Shown piece by piece: positions 26,048 to 39,251 of a DNA stretch of 64,000 nucleotides. The notes beneath the pieces are model-generated. The model saw nothing but the letters and a program-made list of their open reading frames with translations. It did no database searches and was not told the origin of the DNA. Position numbers and translations under genes: made by a program. Source of the DNA: Clostridia bacterium (GTDB lineage: Bacteria > Bacillota > Clostridia > TANB77 > CAG-465); NCBI GenBank assembly GCA_045536565.1, contig JAZSNU010000020.1:32001-96000 (forward strand), given 5' to 3'. The first letter of the stretch is position 1; every line of letters starts with the position of its first letter.

Positions 26048-29000
26048 GTGGTTCATGAAGTGAAAAATGGAAAAACAAGTAGAATGAGTTTTTCTAAAAT
26101 CGAGGAAATTATCGATATGCCTGACTTAATCGAGGTTCAAAAATCATCATACAAATGGTTTTTAGAGTCTGGATTAAAAGATGTATTCTCAGATATATCG
26201 CCTATAATCGACTATTCTGGTAATTTAATGTTGGAATTTGTTGATTATAGATTAGAAGATGAAACTAAGTATACTATTGAAGAAGCAAAAGAAAGAAGTA
26301 CTACTTATGCATCACGTCTTCAAGTTAAAGCAAGACTTATGAATAAAGAAACAGGAGAAATAAAAGAGCAGGAAATATTTATGGGCGATTTCCCTCTAAT
26401 GACTGAAAATGGAACATTCGTAATAAACGGTGCAGAAAGAGTTGTGGTAAGTCAGCTTGTTAGATCTCCTGGTGTATATTTTGATAAATCAAGAGATAAG
26501 ACTGGTAAATTCTTATATACAGCAACAGTTATGCCAAATAGAGGGACATGGTTAGAGTTTGAAACTGATGCACAAGATATGCAATGGGCAAGAGTAGATA
26601 GAACAAGAAAAGTTCCTATGACTACATTAATTAGAGCGTTAGGCTTTGAAAAAGATAGTGAAATCTTAGAACTTTTTGAAGATGATATATTAGCTGCTAC
26701 AATAGCAAAAGACTCTATAAAAACAACTGATGATGCGTTACTTGAAATATACAAAAAATTAAGACCCGGTGAACCACTTCATGTAGATGCAGCTAAATCA
26801 TTATTGTTTGGTTTGTTATTCGATGCGAGAAGATATGACCTTTCGAGAGTTGGTAGATTTAAATACAATAAGAAACTAAATATTGGAACAAGAGTAGAAG
26901 GCAAAAAAGCTTTTGAAAATGTTGTAAGTGAAGATGGAGAACTTATTGTTAAAAAAGGCGAAATCATATCAAAGGAAGCAGCAGGTCAAATAAAAGATTT
27001 AGGAATAAATGTTGTTTATGTTGATATAGATGGCAAAAAAATAAAAGTAATAGGAAATAATACAGTAGATATTTCTAAATACTTAGGAATAGAAATTGAT
27101 AATAATGTAATAAAAGAAGAAGTATATATTCCAGCACTTAAAGATTTATTAAAAGAAGTTGGAAATGTTAAAGAAAAAGAATTAAAAGAAGCAGTAGCTA
27201 AAAATAGAGAAAAATTAGTTGTAAAACACATTACAATGGACGATATTATAGCTTCTATAAACTATTTCTTAAACTTCAATTACGGAATGGGTAAAGTAGA
27301 GGATATCGACCATTTAGGAAACAGAAGAGTTAGATGTGTTGGTGAACTTTTACAAAACCAATTTAGAATAGGTTTAACAAGACTTGAAAGAGTTGTTCGT
27401 GAAAGAATGGCAACACAAGATTTAGATATTGCAACTCCACAAGCATTAATAAACATTAAACCAGTAGTTGGTGCTATAAAAGAGTTCTTTGGAAGTTCTC
27501 AATTATCACAATTCATGGATCACATCAACCCACTTGCAGAATTAACGCATAAAAGAAGAATATCTGCACTTGGACCAGGAGGATTATCTAGAGAAAGAGC
27601 TGGTATGGAAGTTCGTGACGTTCACTATACTCACTACGGAAGATTATGTCCTATCGAATCGCCAGAAGGACCTAACATCGGTCTTATAAGTTCATTATCT
27701 ACTTACGCAAAAATAAATAGATATGGATTTATTGAAGCACCATACAGACCAGTAGATAAAGAAACTGGAAAAGTATTAAATGAAATCGTATATATGACAG
27801 CGGATACAGAAGATGGATTTGTTGTTGCACAAGCTAACGAAGAGTTAGACGAAGAAAATAGATTTGCAAATAAAATAGTTAAAGCAAGATATCAAGATGA
27901 AACAATAGAAATTGAAAAAGAGAAAGTTGATTACATGGATGTTTCTCCAAAACAATTAGTATCTGTTGCAACAGCTATGATACCTTTCTTAGAGAATGAT
28001 GATGCTAACCGTGCACTTATGGGATCAAACATGCAACGTCAAGCGGTTCCTTTGCTTAAAACTGAAAGTCCTATTGTAGGAACAGGAATGGAATATAAAG
28101 CAGCAATTGACTCTGGTGTTTGCGTACTAGCAGGTCAAGATGGTGTTGTTAAATATGTAAGTGCAGATAAGATTATAGTAGAAGGTAAAAAAGGAACAGA
28201 AGAACATAGATTAACTAAATATAAACGTTCAAACTCTGGAACTTGTCTAAACCAAAAACCAGTAGTACTAAAAGGGCAAAAAGTAAAAAAAGGTGATGTT
28301 CTAGCTGATGGACCTTCAACAAACAATGGTGAAATGTCACTTGGTAAAAATATACTTATTGGCTTCATGACTTGGGAAGGATATAACTACGAGGATGCTA
28401 TACTAATATCAGAAGATTTAGTAAAAGATGATGTATTAACATCAATTCATATAGAAGATTACGATTGTGAATCAAGAGATACAAAACTTGGGCCTGAGGA
28501 AATCACAAGAGAAATACCAAATGTTGGTGATGACGCGTTAAAAGACTTAGACGAAAACGGAATAATAAGAATTGGTGCAGAAGTAAGACCAGGAGATATA
28601 TTAGTTGGTAAAGTAACTCCTAAGGGAGAAACAGAACTAACAGCAGAAGAAAAACTTCTAAGAGCAATATTTGGTGAAAAATCAAGAGAAGTTAGAGATA
28701 CTTCGTTAAGAGTTCCACATGGTGAAGCAGGAACAATCGTTGATGTTAAAATCTTTACAAGAGAAACATCTGATGAACTAGCACCTGGGGTAAATAAAGT
28801 TGTAAGAATATATATAGCTCAAAAGAGAAAAATATCTGTTGGAGATAAGATGGCTGGACGCCATGGTAACAAAGGTGTTATTTCTCGTATACTTCCAAGA
28901 GAAGATATGCCATACCTTCCAGATGGTACACCACTTCAAATAGTATTAAACCCACTTGGAGTACCTTCTCGTATGAACATAGGTCAAGTATTGGAAGTGC

Positions 29001-29725
29001 ATTTAGGATATGTAGCTAAAATGCTTGGATGGAAGATAGCAACACCAGTATTTGATGGTGCAAAAGAAGAAGATATAGAAAAATTATTTGAAGAGCAAGG
29101 ATTAAGTAAAACATGCAAAACAGTTGTATATGATGGTAGAAGTGGTGAACCATTTGATATGCCAGTTACAGTTGGTTACATGTATATGTTAAAACTATAT
29201 CACTTAGTTGACGATAAGATACATGCTCGTTCAATAGGACCATACTCACTTGTTACTCAACAACCTCTTGGTGGTAAAGCACAATTTGGTGGTCAAAGAT
29301 TTGGTGAGATGGAAGTATGGGCCTTAGAAGCCTATGGTGCAGCATATGCACTACAAGAAATTCTAACTGTAAAATCTGACGATGTAACAGGAAGACTTAA
29401 AACATATGAAGCAATCGTTAAAGGTGAATCAGTTCCAGAGCCTGGAATTCCTGAATCATTTAGAGTTCTTATTAAAGAACTACAAAGTTTAGGACTAGAT
29501 ATGAAATTATTTAATGAAAACGACCAAATAGAAATAAAAGAAACAGTAGATACACTTCATGAGGGAGAATACGATGTACCATTAGAGGAACCTGGAATTG
29601 AGGAAAATCCTGATGAATACATTTTAGATCCAGAAGATGAAGAAGAAACATTAATAGACGATATATCAGGTATTCAAATACAGGATATTGACGAACTAGA
29701 TGATGTGTTTATAGATGAAGAATAG
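26048..29725 (+). CDS. rpoB: RNA polymerase beta subunit
   Basis: [42 protein letters not shown]; likely GTG start at 26048. Confidence 0.99.
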   Translation: MVHEVKNGKTSRMSFSKIEEIIDMPDLIEVQKSSYKWFLESGLKDVFSDISPIIDYSGNLMLEFVDYRLEDETKYTIEEAKERSTTYASRLQVKARLMNKETGEIKEQEIFMGDFPLMTENGTFVINGAERVVVSQLVRSPGVYFDKSRDKTGKFLYTATVMPNRGTWLEFETDAQDMQWARVDRTRKVPMTTLIRALGFEKDSEILELFEDDILAATIAKDSIKTTDDALLEIYKKLRPGEPLHVDAAKSLLFGLLFDARRYDLSRVGRFKYNKKLNIGTRVEGKKAFENVVSEDGELIVKKGEIISKEAAGQIKDLGINVVYVDIDGKKIKVIGNNTVDISKYLGIEIDNNVIKEEVYIPALKDLLKEVGNVKEKELKEAVAKNREKLVVKHITMDDIIASINYFLNFNYGMGKVEDIDHLGNRRVRCVGELLQNQFRIGLTRLERVVRERMATQDLDIATPQALINIKPVVGAIKEFFGSSQLSQFMDHINPLAELTHKRRISALGPGGLSRERAGMEVRDVHYTHYGRLCPIESPEGPNIGLISSLSTYAKINRYGFIEAPYRPVDKETGKVLNEIVYMTADTEDGFVVAQANEELDEENRFANKIVKARYQDETIEIEKEKVDYMDVSPKQLVSVATAMIPFLENDDANRALMGSNMQRQAVPLLKTESPIVGTGMEYKAAIDSGVCVLAGQDGVVKYVSADKIIVEGKKGTEEHRLTKYKRSNSGTCLNQKPVVLKGQKVKKGDVLADGPSTNNGEMSLGKNILIGFMTWEGYNYEDAILISEDLVKDDVLTSIHIEDYDCESRDTKLGPEEITREIPNVGDDALKDLDENGIIRIGAEVRPGDILVGKVTPKGETELTAEEKLLRAIFGEKSREVRDTSLRVPHGEAGTIVDVKIFTRETSDELAPGVNKVVRIYIAQKRKISVGDKMAGRHGNKGVISRILPREDMPYLPDGTPLQIVLNPLGVPSRMNIGQVLEVHLGYVAKMLGWKIATPVFDGAKEEDIEKLFEEQGLSKTCKTVVYDGRSGEPFDMPVTVGYMYMLKLYHLVDDKIHARSIGPYSLVTQQPLGGKAQFGGQRFGEMEVWALEAYGAAYALQEILTVKSDDVTGRLKTYEAIVKGESVPEPGIPESFRVLIKELQSLGLDMKLFNENDQIEIKETVDTLHEGEYDVPLEEPGIEENPDEYILDPEDEEETLIDDISGIQIQDIDELDDVFIDEE

Positions 29726-29744
29726 GGATAAGGAGGTAAAATTA

Positions 29745-32700
29745 ATGCATAGTGAAGAAGAAAAATTTGATAGATTAAGTATTGGACTTGCATCACCTGA
29801 CAAAATGAGAGAATGGTCAAAAGGTGAAGTAAAAAAACCAGAAACTATTAATTACAGAACCCTTAAACCTGAAAGAGATGGACTTTTTTGTGAAAAAATA
29901 TTTGGACCAACAAAAGATTGGGAATGTTATTGTGGTAAATATAAAAAGGTAAGATATAAAGGAATCATCTGTGATAGATGTGGAGTAGAAGTAACTAAGA
30001 AAAGTGTAAGAAGAGAAAGAATGGGACATGTGGAGCTTGCAACTCCTGTCTCTCATATCTGGTATTTTAAAGGCATTCCAAGCAGAATGAGTTTAATACT
30101 AGATGTTTCTCCAAAGGCTTTAGAAAGAGTTATATACTTTGCATCATACATCGTAACAGATGCAAAAGACACAGGGCTTACATATAAACAAGTTATAAAC
30201 GAAAAAGAATATAGAGAAGCAATAGAAAAATATGGATATGGTTCTTTTGAAGTTGGAATGGGAGCAGAAGCTGTTAAGAAACTTTTAGAACAAGTTGATT
30301 TAGAAAAACTTGAAAAAGAAATAAGAGCAAGTTTAGAAAAAGCAACAGGTCAAAAGAGACCAAAATTAATTAAAAGATTAGAAACAGTAGAAGCCTTTGC
30401 AAAATCAGGAAACAGACCTGAATGGATGATATTAGATGTTATCCCAGTTATCCCACCTGAGTTAAGACCAATGGTCCAATTAGATGGTGGTAGATTTGCA
30501 ACTTCTGACTTAAACGATTTATATAGAAGAGTTATTAATAGAAATAACAGATTAAAAAGATTATTAGAATTAGAGGCACCTGATATAATTATTCGTAACG
30601 AAAAAAGAATGTTACAAGAATCAGTAGATGCCTTAATAGATAATGGAAGACGCGGTAGACCAGTAACGGGTGCAGGAAATAGACCTTTAAAATCACTTTC
30701 AGATATGCTTAAAGGTAAACAAGGTAGATTCAGACAAAACTTACTTGGTAAGAGAGTTGACTATTCTGGCCGTTCAGTTATCGTTGTTGGCCCAGAACTT
30801 AAAATACATCAATGTGGTCTTCCAAGAGAAATGGCACTTGAATTATTCAAACCATTTGTTATGAAAGAACTTGTAAAAAGAGGAATGGCTTTTAACATTA
30901 AAAATGCTAAGAGAATGGTAGAAAGAGCAGCAGTAGAAGTATGGGATGTATTAGAAGAAGTAATCAAAGATAGACCAGTACTTTTAAACCGTGCTCCTAC
31001 ACTACACAGATTAGGTATACAAGCATTTGAACCTGTACTAGTTGAAGGTAGAGCTATTAAGCTTCACCCATTAGTATGTACAGCATTCAATGCTGACTTC
31101 GACGGTGACCAAATGGCGGTGCATGTTCCATTATCACCAGAGGCTCAATCAGAAGCTAAATTCTTAATGCTTGCATCTAACAACCTACTTAAATTACAAG
31201 ATGGTAAACCAGTAGCAGTTCCAACACAAGATATGATTCTTGGAAGTTATTATTTAACATTAGAAGTTCCAGGTGAAAAAGGTGAAGGAATGACATTCTA
31301 CGACATGGATGAGGCTATGATGGCATATGATGCAAAAGAAATAGGCTTGCATGCTAAAATGAAGATAAGAGTATCAAAAGAAATAAATGGTGAAACAGTT
31401 ACAGGAATTATTGAAACAACAGTTGGTAAAATGATATTTAACGAAATAATACCACAAGATTTAGGATTTGTTGATAGAACAAAACCTGAAAATGCATTAA
31501 TTCGTGAAATTGAATTCCCAGTTAGAAAGAAAGAACTTGGTGTTATTATCGATAAATGCATTGCAAAACATGGAATTGGTAGAACAGCAGAAGTTCTTGA
31601 CGATATCAAGGCATTAGGATTTAAATATTCTACAAGAGGTGCCGTAACAGTATCTATATCTGATATTGAGGTGCCAGAAGAAAGAGAAACAATCTTAAAT
31701 GATGCTGAAAAGAAAGTAGAAGCAATTCGTAAAAACTTCAAGCGTGGACTTATATCTGATGAAGAAAGACATAACGAAATTATAAAAGTATGGTCTAAGG
31801 CTACTGATGATATACAATCAGCAATCATGAGCAATAAAAACACATTAAATCCAGTATTCATGATGGCTCATACTGGTGCCAGAGGTAATCCAACACAGAT
31901 TAGACAATTAGGTGGTATCCGTGGACTTATGGCTAATACATCTGGTGAAACAGTTGAAATTCCAATTCGTTCAAGCTTTAGAGACGGTCTAGACGTTTTA
32001 GAATACTTCATTTCTACTCACGGTGCTAGAAAAGGTCTTACAGATACTGCTTTAAAAACAGCTGACTCTGGATACTTAACAAGAAGACTTGTTGATGTTA
32101 ACCAAGATGTTATAGTAACAGAAGACGACTGTGGTACACATGATGGTATAACAGTTGAAGCTATAATGGAAAGTGGAGAGCCAATAGAAAAACTTGAAGA
32201 AAGATTAGAAGGAAGATACTTAGCAGAAGATGTTAAGGATTCAGAAGGAAATGTAATAGCAGAAAGAAATACTTATGTAACAGCTGACTTAGCTGAGGTA
32301 ATAGTTAAAGCTGGAAATACAAAAGTTAAAGTAAGATCAGTACTTACTTGTGACTTAGGAAGAGGAGTATGTTGTAAATGTTATGGGAGAAACTTAGCAA
32401 CAGGTGAACCAATAACAACAGGAGAAGCAGTTGGTATTATAGCTGCACAATCAATCGGTGAACCAGGTACTCAGCTTACAATGAGAACATTCCACTCAGG
32501 TGGTGTTGCAGGTGGAGATATAACACAAGGTCTTCCTAGGGTTGAAGAGTTATTTGAAGCCAGAAAACCTAAGGGCGTTGCTATGATAACTGAAATAGCT
32601 GGAACAGTTAAATTGGGAGATAATGGTACTAACAAGACTGTAACAGTAATGTCTGATGACAAACAAGCTGAAACATATGTAATACCATTTGGTATGAGAC

Positions 32701-33299
32701 TATCCGTTAAAGAAGGAGATGTTTTAGAAGCCGGTGATAGGATTACAGAAGGATCGTTAAATCCTCATGATATAATTCGTATTAAAGGTGAGGAAGCAGT
32801 TCAAAATTACTTAACTGAGGAAGTACAAAAAGTATATAGAACACAAGGTGTTCATATCAACGATAAACATATCGAAATAGTTGCAAAACAAATGCTTAGA
32901 AAAATAAAAGTTGATGATGCAGGAGATACAAAACTAATAGCAGGTTCTGTAATTGATATAAATGAATTCAAGAAAGCTAATAGAAAACTAGAAGAAGGTA
33001 AGAAGAAAGCTACAGGAACAAAAGAACTTCTAGGAATAACAAAAGTAGCTCTTCTTACAGAATCATTCTTATCAGCAGCATCTTTCCAAGAAACAGCAAG
33101 AGTACTTACAGATGCAGCTATAAAAGGTAAAACAGATAGATTGTTAGGATTAAAAGAAAATGTAATTATAGGTAGATTGATTCCTGCCGGAACTGGTGTT
33201 ATTGATTACAAGAACATGGAAGTTAAAGAAGAAGGAAACATAGAAGATTATATTACTGATTCTGATATGGTTTTAACATCTGATGTTATAGTTGAATAA
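29745..33299 (+). CDS. rpoC: RNA polymerase beta' subunit
   Basis: [22 protein letters not shown], zinc finger; ATG 29745 after AGGAGG. Confidence 0.99.
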   Translation: MHSEEEKFDRLSIGLASPDKMREWSKGEVKKPETINYRTLKPERDGLFCEKIFGPTKDWECYCGKYKKVRYKGIICDRCGVEVTKKSVRRERMGHVELATPVSHIWYFKGIPSRMSLILDVSPKALERVIYFASYIVTDAKDTGLTYKQVINEKEYREAIEKYGYGSFEVGMGAEAVKKLLEQVDLEKLEKEIRASLEKATGQKRPKLIKRLETVEAFAKSGNRPEWMILDVIPVIPPELRPMVQLDGGRFATSDLNDLYRRVINRNNRLKRLLELEAPDIIIRNEKRMLQESVDALIDNGRRGRPVTGAGNRPLKSLSDMLKGKQGRFRQNLLGKRVDYSGRSVIVVGPELKIHQCGLPREMALELFKPFVMKELVKRGMAFNIKNAKRMVERAAVEVWDVLEEVIKDRPVLLNRAPTLHRLGIQAFEPVLVEGRAIKLHPLVCTAFNADFDGDQMAVHVPLSPEAQSEAKFLMLASNNLLKLQDGKPVAVPTQDMILGSYYLTLEVPGEKGEGMTFYDMDEAMMAYDAKEIGLHAKMKIRVSKEINGETVTGIIETTVGKMIFNEIIPQDLGFVDRTKPENALIREIEFPVRKKELGVIIDKCIAKHGIGRTAEVLDDIKALGFKYSTRGAVTVSISDIEVPEERETILNDAEKKVEAIRKNFKRGLISDEERHNEIIKVWSKATDDIQSAIMSNKNTLNPVFMMAHTGARGNPTQIRQLGGIRGLMANTSGETVEIPIRSSFRDGLDVLEYFISTHGARKGLTDTALKTADSGYLTRRLVDVNQDVIVTEDDCGTHDGITVEAIMESGEPIEKLEERLEGRYLAEDVKDSEGNVIAERNTYVTADLAEVIVKAGNTKVKVRSVLTCDLGRGVCCKCYGRNLATGEPITTGEAVGIIAAQSIGEPGTQLTMRTFHSGGVAGGDITQGLPRVEELFEARKPKGVAMITEIAGTVKLGDNGTNKTVTVMSDDKQAETYVIPFGMRLSVKEGDVLEAGDRITEGSLNPHDIIRIKGEEAVQNYLTEEVQKVYRTQGVHINDKHIEIVAKQMLRKIKVDDAGDTKLIAGSVIDINEFKKANRKLEEGKKKATGTKELLGITKVALLTESFLSAASFQETARVLTDAAIKGKTDRLLGLKENVIIGRLIPAGTGVIDYKNMEVKEEGNIEDYITDSDMVLTSDVIVE

Positions 33300-33309
33300 T
33301 TGAAAAGAT

Positions 33310-33347
33310 AAATAAGTGTGGAGATGAAAACCTCTACACTTATTTTT
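33310..33347 (+). terminator. Intrinsic terminator after rpoC
   Basis: AAATAAGTGTGGAG...CTCTACACTTATTTTT. Confidence 0.75.
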
Positions 33348-33410
33348 GTATATATCTATTGAAAAAATATATAATAATCTTGTATAATGTATATATTATG
33401 GGAGGAACAT

Positions 33411-34553
33411 ATGAAAAAGCTTTTTAATGTAATAGTATTATTTCTATTAATTGCGGTGTGTGTATACTTTTATACAAAGCCAAATAGCATGGTTAATGAA
33501 ATAGAAGTTGAAGAAATACATATAAATGACATGGGAATTACAAATAGCACATATTATTATGAAACGCTAGATGAGCAGCAAAAAAAATATTACAGGATAA
33601 TAGCAAAAGGTGTTATGGATTTAAAAGAAAATATAACAATGGAAATAACAAAGCAAAAAGATTACAATGATTTTAGGAATAATGTAGAGATATCACTTAC
33701 TGCATTTTTAGCAGACCATCCAGAAGTGTTTTTTGTAAATGATAGATATGAAGTTTCTCTGATTGATGGATTGGTGGTCAAAGTACTAAAACTTAAACTT
33801 GATTATATAGCAAATGATATAGCAGAAATAGAAAGAATGGAAGAACAGTTAGAAAAACAAATTAATACAATTAGTGAAAAAGCCAGATATTATGAAAGTG
33901 AATATGAGAAAGAAATTTTTATTCATGATAGTATTGCGGCAAGTGTTGCGTATTATGAGTATGATAATTATGAAGATATTCCTACTATAAAACATACAGC
34001 ATATGGTGCATTAGTCGAAGGTTCGGCTGTTTGCGATGGTATTACAAAGGCTTTTCAACTTATTCTTGCAAAGGCTAATGTTGATAGTATATTTGTAACA
34101 GGAACAACGGATGGAGTAGCACATGCTTGGAATAAGGTTAAAATAGATGGTGAATATTACAATGTAGATTTAACATCGGACAAGACATTAGGTAATGATA
34201 ATAATTCCCTTATAATACATTCATATTTCAATGTAACAGATGAGGAAATACTTAATACACATACAATAGATAAAAATGAAAATTTGCCACAATGTACATC
34301 AACAAAGTATAACTATTATTTATATAATGATTACGAGATAACTTTTATGGATAGTTTTGAGTATAAATTAGAAAGCATAGTTAATAGTCAAAAGAGCAAA
34401 GGACTTATAGAGATTAGGATAGTAGGGATTAATGATATACCTTCTGAACTTATAACTGGACTATATAATATTAATTTTAGTAATTATAAAACAAATAATA
34501 TAACAAAAGTGCAGTATCATAAAGTAAATGATAATTATATTATTGTAAAATAA
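33411..34553 (+). CDS. Membrane-anchored transglutaminase-like domain protein
   Basis: AYGAL..GSAVCDG, HAWNKVKIDGEYYNVDLT (Cys-His-Asp triad). Confidence 0.85.
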   Translation: MKKLFNVIVLFLLIAVCVYFYTKPNSMVNEIEVEEIHINDMGITNSTYYYETLDEQQKKYYRIIAKGVMDLKENITMEITKQKDYNDFRNNVEISLTAFLADHPEVFFVNDRYEVSLIDGLVVKVLKLKLDYIANDIAEIERMEEQLEKQINTISEKARYYESEYEKEIFIHDSIAASVAYYEYDNYEDIPTIKHTAYGALVEGSAVCDGITKAFQLILAKANVDSIFVTGTTDGVAHAWNKVKIDGEYYNVDLTSDKTLGNDNNSLIIHSYFNVTDEEILNTHTIDKNENLPQCTSTKYNYYLYNDYEITFMDSFEYKLESIVNSQKSKGLIEIRIVGINDIPSELITGLYNINFSNYKTNNITKVQYHKVNDNYIIVK

Positions 34554-34593
34554 ATAATCATATAGGAACATAATATAGATAGTATGAGGGAGA

Positions 34594-35157
34594 ATGCCCA
34601 TGAGATATTATCTATATAGAGATGTTGAACTATTAAAAGAAATATATTCTCAATTTGACAATTTAAATTTAGATTTAGATGTAATTGAAAGAATTGATGC
34701 TAAATCTTGTTCCCAAGAGGAAGGTATATTTACAGAGCCAGAAACAAAACTAGATGGAAAGTGTGATATGAGAATTAAAATAGGAGCGAGAACGGCTAAT
34801 AGTTCAAATGTAACGACTATTAGTGAATATGCTAATATGGAGGATATAAAAGATATACACAATAAAAGATTCTATCATACACTAATTGATAATTTGTCTA
34901 GAAAGAAAGTTGTGTGTAAAGGTGTAGATATTGAATGTGGAAAAATAAATTGCATGAGAAAAGAGCAGGATGGAATAGACAAATTTGTTGAAGTAAATGG
35001 AACATATATATGGTATGAGTGTGATAAATTATCTAACGATATACATGTGCTATCTACAATTACTGATAAAATAGAGGTGGTAGGATGTGTTATTAAAGAA
35101 AAAGATGATTTTTCACCAAAGGTAATAAAGGCGATAGCAATGTATATAGATACATAA
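34594..35157 (+). CDS. Hypothetical protein
   Basis: 187-aa ORF with GAGGGAG RBS and a sigmaE-like -10 (CATAATAT) upstream. Confidence 0.7.
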   Translation: MPMRYYLYRDVELLKEIYSQFDNLNLDLDVIERIDAKSCSQEEGIFTEPETKLDGKCDMRIKIGARTANSSNVTTISEYANMEDIKDIHNKRFYHTLIDNLSRKKVVCKGVDIECGKINCMRKEQDGIDKFVEVNGTYIWYECDKLSNDIHVLSTITDKIEVVGCVIKEKDDFSPKVIKAIAMYIDT

Positions 35158-35171
35158 TGTAGGGGGAAATA

Positions 35172-35537
35172 GTGAATAAAAAACAGTTATTTAGGAGGTT
35201 ATTTGTGGTTATAAGAATAATATCATATATTCTTGTAATATACACGACATACTCTTTAATAAAAGAAAATACACGATTTATGTGTACATGGAATGAAAAA
35301 TATGGCATAATTTGTCCAAGTTGTGGAGCAACGAGGGCTACATTATCAGTGATTAAAGGTGATATTGTACAAGCTATGAAATATAACATGGTATATACTG
35401 TAGCAATATTACCTGCCATTTTCTTGTTTATTGTAGATGATATTGTGTGTGTATTATTAAGAATTCTTAAAGTTACTAAAAAGAATTCTTTGTTTGAAAC
35501 ATTGTTAGAAGTGGATAGTGGTGATAATTATGACTAA
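35172..35537 (+). CDS. DUF2752-family membrane protein
   Basis: GIICPSCGATRA...GDIVQAMKYN. Confidence 0.8.
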   Translation: MNKKQLFRRLFVVIRIISYILVIYTTYSLIKENTRFMCTWNEKYGIICPSCGATRATLSVIKGDIVQAMKYNMVYTVAILPAIFLFIVDDIVCVLLRILKVTKKNSLFETLLEVDSGDNYD

Positions 35538-35730
35538 AAATCTTTGTGATATATTTGTAATAATAGTATCAATTTATATAGTAGTAGAAATGTTTAGGCA
35601 TTTATTTATAGTTAGAAGCAATAAATGTGAAGAAGATGAAATAAAAATGCATCTAAAAAAATCAAGAGTTTTAATAATATTAATTGTACTGATATATGCA
35701 GTATATGGAATGATAAGAAATTTACTATAA
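35530..35730 (+). CDS. Small membrane protein
   Basis: Two TM segments, ends YGMIRNLL; overlaps the upstream stop. Confidence 0.55.
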   Translation: MTKNLCDIFVIIVSIYIVVEMFRHLFIVRSNKCEEDEIKMHLKKSRVLIILIVLIYAVYGMIRNLL

Positions 35731-35789
35731 AAATACAACTGGTATTTTAATTTACCAGTTGTTTTTTATATATTAAAATTATAGTTGTA

Positions 35790-36080
35790 TTAATACATTT
35801 CTCCCATAGCAGAAGCAAGACCAGCAGCTGCTCCAACACCTAATATTACTAATAATACATATAGTGCTATTGCTATTATTCCAAGAATAAAACCTGCTTT
35901 TGCCATACCTTTTCCACCTTTTTTCTTACCAATAATACCAAAGATTATTGCAAGAATAGAACAAGGAATAGATATCCACCATATACAAGTAAATACAACT
36001 GCTACAATACCAAGTACCATAGAAGCAATGCTAAGGCCTTTTTTCTCTGCTACTGGATTGTTTTGAACTTCATTTTCCAT
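35790..36080 (-). CDS. DUF4190-like membrane protein
   Basis: GLSIASMVLGI...AIIFGIIG...GMAKAGFILGII. Confidence 0.8.
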   Translation of the reverse strand: MENEVQNNPVAEKKGLSIASMVLGIVAVVFTCIWWISIPCSILAIIFGIIGKKKGGKGMAKAGFILGIIAIALYVLLVILGVGAAAGLASAMGEMY

Positions 36081-36284
36081 AGTAAAACCTCCTTAATATA
36101 TTTTACAAGATAAGAATAGCATAAAATGTCTACTTAGTCAATAATTTTAATCAATCTACCGTAAAATAGGTAGAATAAAAATGAAATTATGTAAAATAAA
36201 CAATTTAAAACAATTGACATAAACAAACAATTGTAATATAATATTTAATTGTAGATTAAATAAAAAAGGAAAAGAGGAATTTAA

Positions 36285-38096
36285 ATGAAAAACATAAGAA
36301 ATGTAGCAATTATAGCGCATGTTGACCACGGTAAAACAACACTTGTAGACAGCTTGCTTAATCAAAGTGGTGTGTTTAGATCAAATGAACAAGTGGCAGA
36401 AAGAGTAATGGACTCTGGTGATATTGAAAAAGAAAGAGGAATAACAATACTTTCTAAAAATACTGCTATTGAGTATAACGGTATGAAAATAAATATAGTT
36501 GATACACCAGGACATGCTGATTTTGGTGGAGAAGTAGAAAGAGTATTAAAAATGGTAGAAGGTGTACTTCTTGTTGTAGATGCTTTTGATGGACCAATGC
36601 CACAAACAAGATTCGTTCTTAACAAGGCTTTATCTTTAAATTTAGTACCAATTGTTGTTATAAATAAAATTGATAGACCAGGAGCAAGACCAGAAGCAGT
36701 CCTAGACGAAGTATTAGAACTATTCTTAGAACTTGATGCAACAGAAGAACAACTAGATTTTAAAGTGGTATATGCATCAGGAAAGAATAAATTTGCAAAA
36801 GCTGAACTTACTGACGAATCAACAGATATGAAACCGTTATTTGATGCTATTATAGATACAGTTCCAGAACCGACAGGAAGTGAAGATGAACCACTTCAAT
36901 TGTTGGTATCAAATATAGATTATGACGAATATACAGGAAGAATTGGTATAGGTAAAATAGAAAGAGGCGTAATCCATAATGGTGAACAAGTTGCACTATG
37001 TAAAAAAGATGGAACAGTGCAAAATATAAAAATAGGTAAATTATTAACATATTCAGGACTAAAAAGAGTAGAAACAGATATGGCAAAATGTGGAGATATC
37101 GTTGCAGTTACTGGACTAGAAGGGATAAACATTGGTGAAACTATTGCAGATATTCAGAATCCAGAAGCAGTTGAATTTATAGATATAGACGAACCTACTG
37201 TTTCTATGACATTTAGTGTAAATAATGGACCATTTGCAGGTAAAGAAGGCAAATTTATCACATCTAGACATTTAAGAGATAGACTCTTTAAAGAGTTAGA
37301 AACAAATGTATCTTTAAGAGTTGAAGAAACTGATAGCCCAGATAGTTTTAAAGTTTATGGTAGAGGAGAATTACATCTTTCTATTTTAATAGAAAATATG
37401 AGAAGAGAAGGATTTGAACTTATGGTTTCAAAGCCAACTGTTGTATACAAAACAATTGATGGTGTTAAATGTGAACCTATGGAACTTGCTACAATAGACA
37501 TTCCAGAAGAATATATTGGAACAGTAATGGAAAAAATGGGTAACAGAAAAGGTGAAATGACAAACATGGCTTCTTCGCCTTCACAAGCAGGATATACTAG
37601 ATTAGAATTTAAGATACCAGCAAGAGGGTTAATTGGATATAGAAATGAGTTCTTAACAGATACAAAAGGTACAGGAATACTTAATTCTATATTTGCTGGT
37701 TATGAACCAGATAGAGGTGAAGTTACAACAAGATCAAGAGGCGTTGTAATAGCATTTGAAAAAGGTAAATCAACAACTTATGGACTATTTAACGCGCAAG
37801 AGAGATCAACACTGTTTATAGGGCCAGGTGTAGAAGTTTATCTTGGAATGATTGTTGGTGAAAATGCAAGAAGTGAAGATATGACAGTAAATGTATGTAA
37901 AGAAAAACATTTAACTAATACTAGAGCATCTGGAAGTGATGATGCATTAAAATTGGTACCTCACAGACAATTATCACTAGAAGAAGCATTAGAATTTATA
38001 TCTGATGACGAACTTGTTGAAGTTACACCAGAAAATATAAGACTTAGAAAGAAGATATTAGATCCTACTGAAAGATTAAGGGCTTCAAGAAAATAG
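36285..38096 (+). CDS. typA: Translational GTPase TypA/BipA
   Basis: AHVDHGKTTL, ERGITILSKN, DTPGHADF, GRGELHL, VEVTPENIRLRK. Confidence 0.98.
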   Translation: MKNIRNVAIIAHVDHGKTTLVDSLLNQSGVFRSNEQVAERVMDSGDIEKERGITILSKNTAIEYNGMKINIVDTPGHADFGGEVERVLKMVEGVLLVVDAFDGPMPQTRFVLNKALSLNLVPIVVINKIDRPGARPEAVLDEVLELFLELDATEEQLDFKVVYASGKNKFAKAELTDESTDMKPLFDAIIDTVPEPTGSEDEPLQLLVSNIDYDEYTGRIGIGKIERGVIHNGEQVALCKKDGTVQNIKIGKLLTYSGLKRVETDMAKCGDIVAVTGLEGINIGETIADIQNPEAVEFIDIDEPTVSMTFSVNNGPFAGKEGKFITSRHLRDRLFKELETNVSLRVEETDSPDSFKVYGRGELHLSILIENMRREGFELMVSKPTVVYKTIDGVKCEPMELATIDIPEEYIGTVMEKMGNRKGEMTNMASSPSQAGYTRLEFKIPARGLIGYRNEFLTDTKGTGILNSIFAGYEPDRGEVTTRSRGVVIAFEKGKSTTYGLFNAQERSTLFIGPGVEVYLGMIVGENARSEDMTVNVCKEKHLTNTRASGSDDALKLVPHRQLSLEEALEFISDDELVEVTPENIRLRKKILDPTERLRASRK

Positions 38097-38165
38097 AAAG
38101 ATAAATAATATAAAAAGCTTTTACATATAAATATAATGGATATTTGTATGTGGAGGCTTTTTCTT

Positions 38166-38399
38166 ATGGAATGGTATGATTGCACTGACCCAGAAGAACT
38201 TGTTCTTATTGCAACTGCTATGTCAATTGGTATATCTAAAAATCTAACAACAAATCAGGTTAATTCGTTAGGCAATTTTTTAGAAATGGTAGGACAAAAT
38301 CTACTTACTATTGCGGCCCAAAGAGTGCTATATGAAAATAAATGTATAAATAATATAACAGATGAACAAGCAGAAGATGAACTTTTTGGAAGAGAATAG
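38166..38399 (+). CDS. Small hypothetical protein (DUF6774-like)
   Basis: ELVLIATA.SI.ISKNL...LGNFLEMVGQNLLTIA; RBS GGAGG. Confidence 0.6.
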   Translation: MEWYDCTDPEELVLIATAMSIGISKNLTTNQVNSLGNFLEMVGQNLLTIAAQRVLYENKCINNITDEQAEDELFGRE

Positions 38400-38531
38400 T
38401 TAGAAAGTCTTTTATATAGCAACATATATTGGCAGGTATATTTAGGGAATACTTGTAATCATATTAAATAAGTGATATAATACATAAAAATTTGGAATAA
38501 TCCAAAAATTAATATTTAGGAGGTTATTAAA

Positions 38532-39179
38532 ATGAAAGTTTTAGTTATTGGTGCAAACAATTCAGGCAAGGGTACTTTGGTTAGACTCTTGAAAGAAAAA
38601 ACGGGATTAACTACTATTGGTTGTAGCAGCGTGCTTAATGCACATGACCTAGATATTGCAACAGGTGAGTTACTTCCAGATGAACCCGTAAATGAAATAA
38701 TGAAGGACTATTTAAATGAATATGAACACTTCATATTGGACGGATATCCTAGAACCCTTGCTCAAAATGAGTATATGAAAGAATTTTGTCAGCCAGACTT
38801 AGTTGTAGTGTTAAATATAACCGAGGAAGAAGTACTAGGCAGAGCAGTTGGAAGGAGAATTTGTAATACTTGCTCAGATATATATAATTTAAATGGATTC
38901 AGAATTCCTAAAAAAGAAGGTATCTGTGATAAGTGTGGAGGCGAGCTATTACATCGTGAAGATGATAAAGAAGAAGCGGTTAAAAGAAGATATAAAGAAT
39001 ATATAGAAAAGACTTATCCAATTGTTAAAAGTTATAAGGATATAAATTCAAAGACAATTGTATGGGAATTTGATGTGAGTCAGCAGTCTAATGATGAAAT
39101 ATCAAATGTAGTTGCAGAGTATATAAACTATATAATGATGGAAGAATATAATGCAGATGCAATAGGCGTTATAGAGTAA
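38532..39179 (+). CDS. adk: Adenylate kinase-family protein (divergent paralogue, Zn-lid)
   Basis: GxxxSGKGT P-loop, LDGYPRTLAQ, GRRICxxC...CDKCGG, REDD. Confidence 0.75.
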   Translation: MKVLVIGANNSGKGTLVRLLKEKTGLTTIGCSSVLNAHDLDIATGELLPDEPVNEIMKDYLNEYEHFILDGYPRTLAQNEYMKEFCQPDLVVVLNITEEEVLGRAVGRRICNTCSDIYNLNGFRIPKKEGICDKCGGELLHREDDKEEAVKRRYKEYIEKTYPIVKSYKDINSKTIVWEFDVSQQSNDEISNVVAEYINYIMMEEYNADAIGVIE

Positions 39180-39251
39180 TGCAAAACAAAAAAGAGAGAT
39201 AAATCTCTCTTTTTTGCTTTACATTTATATATTATATTGTGTGTTTTTACA

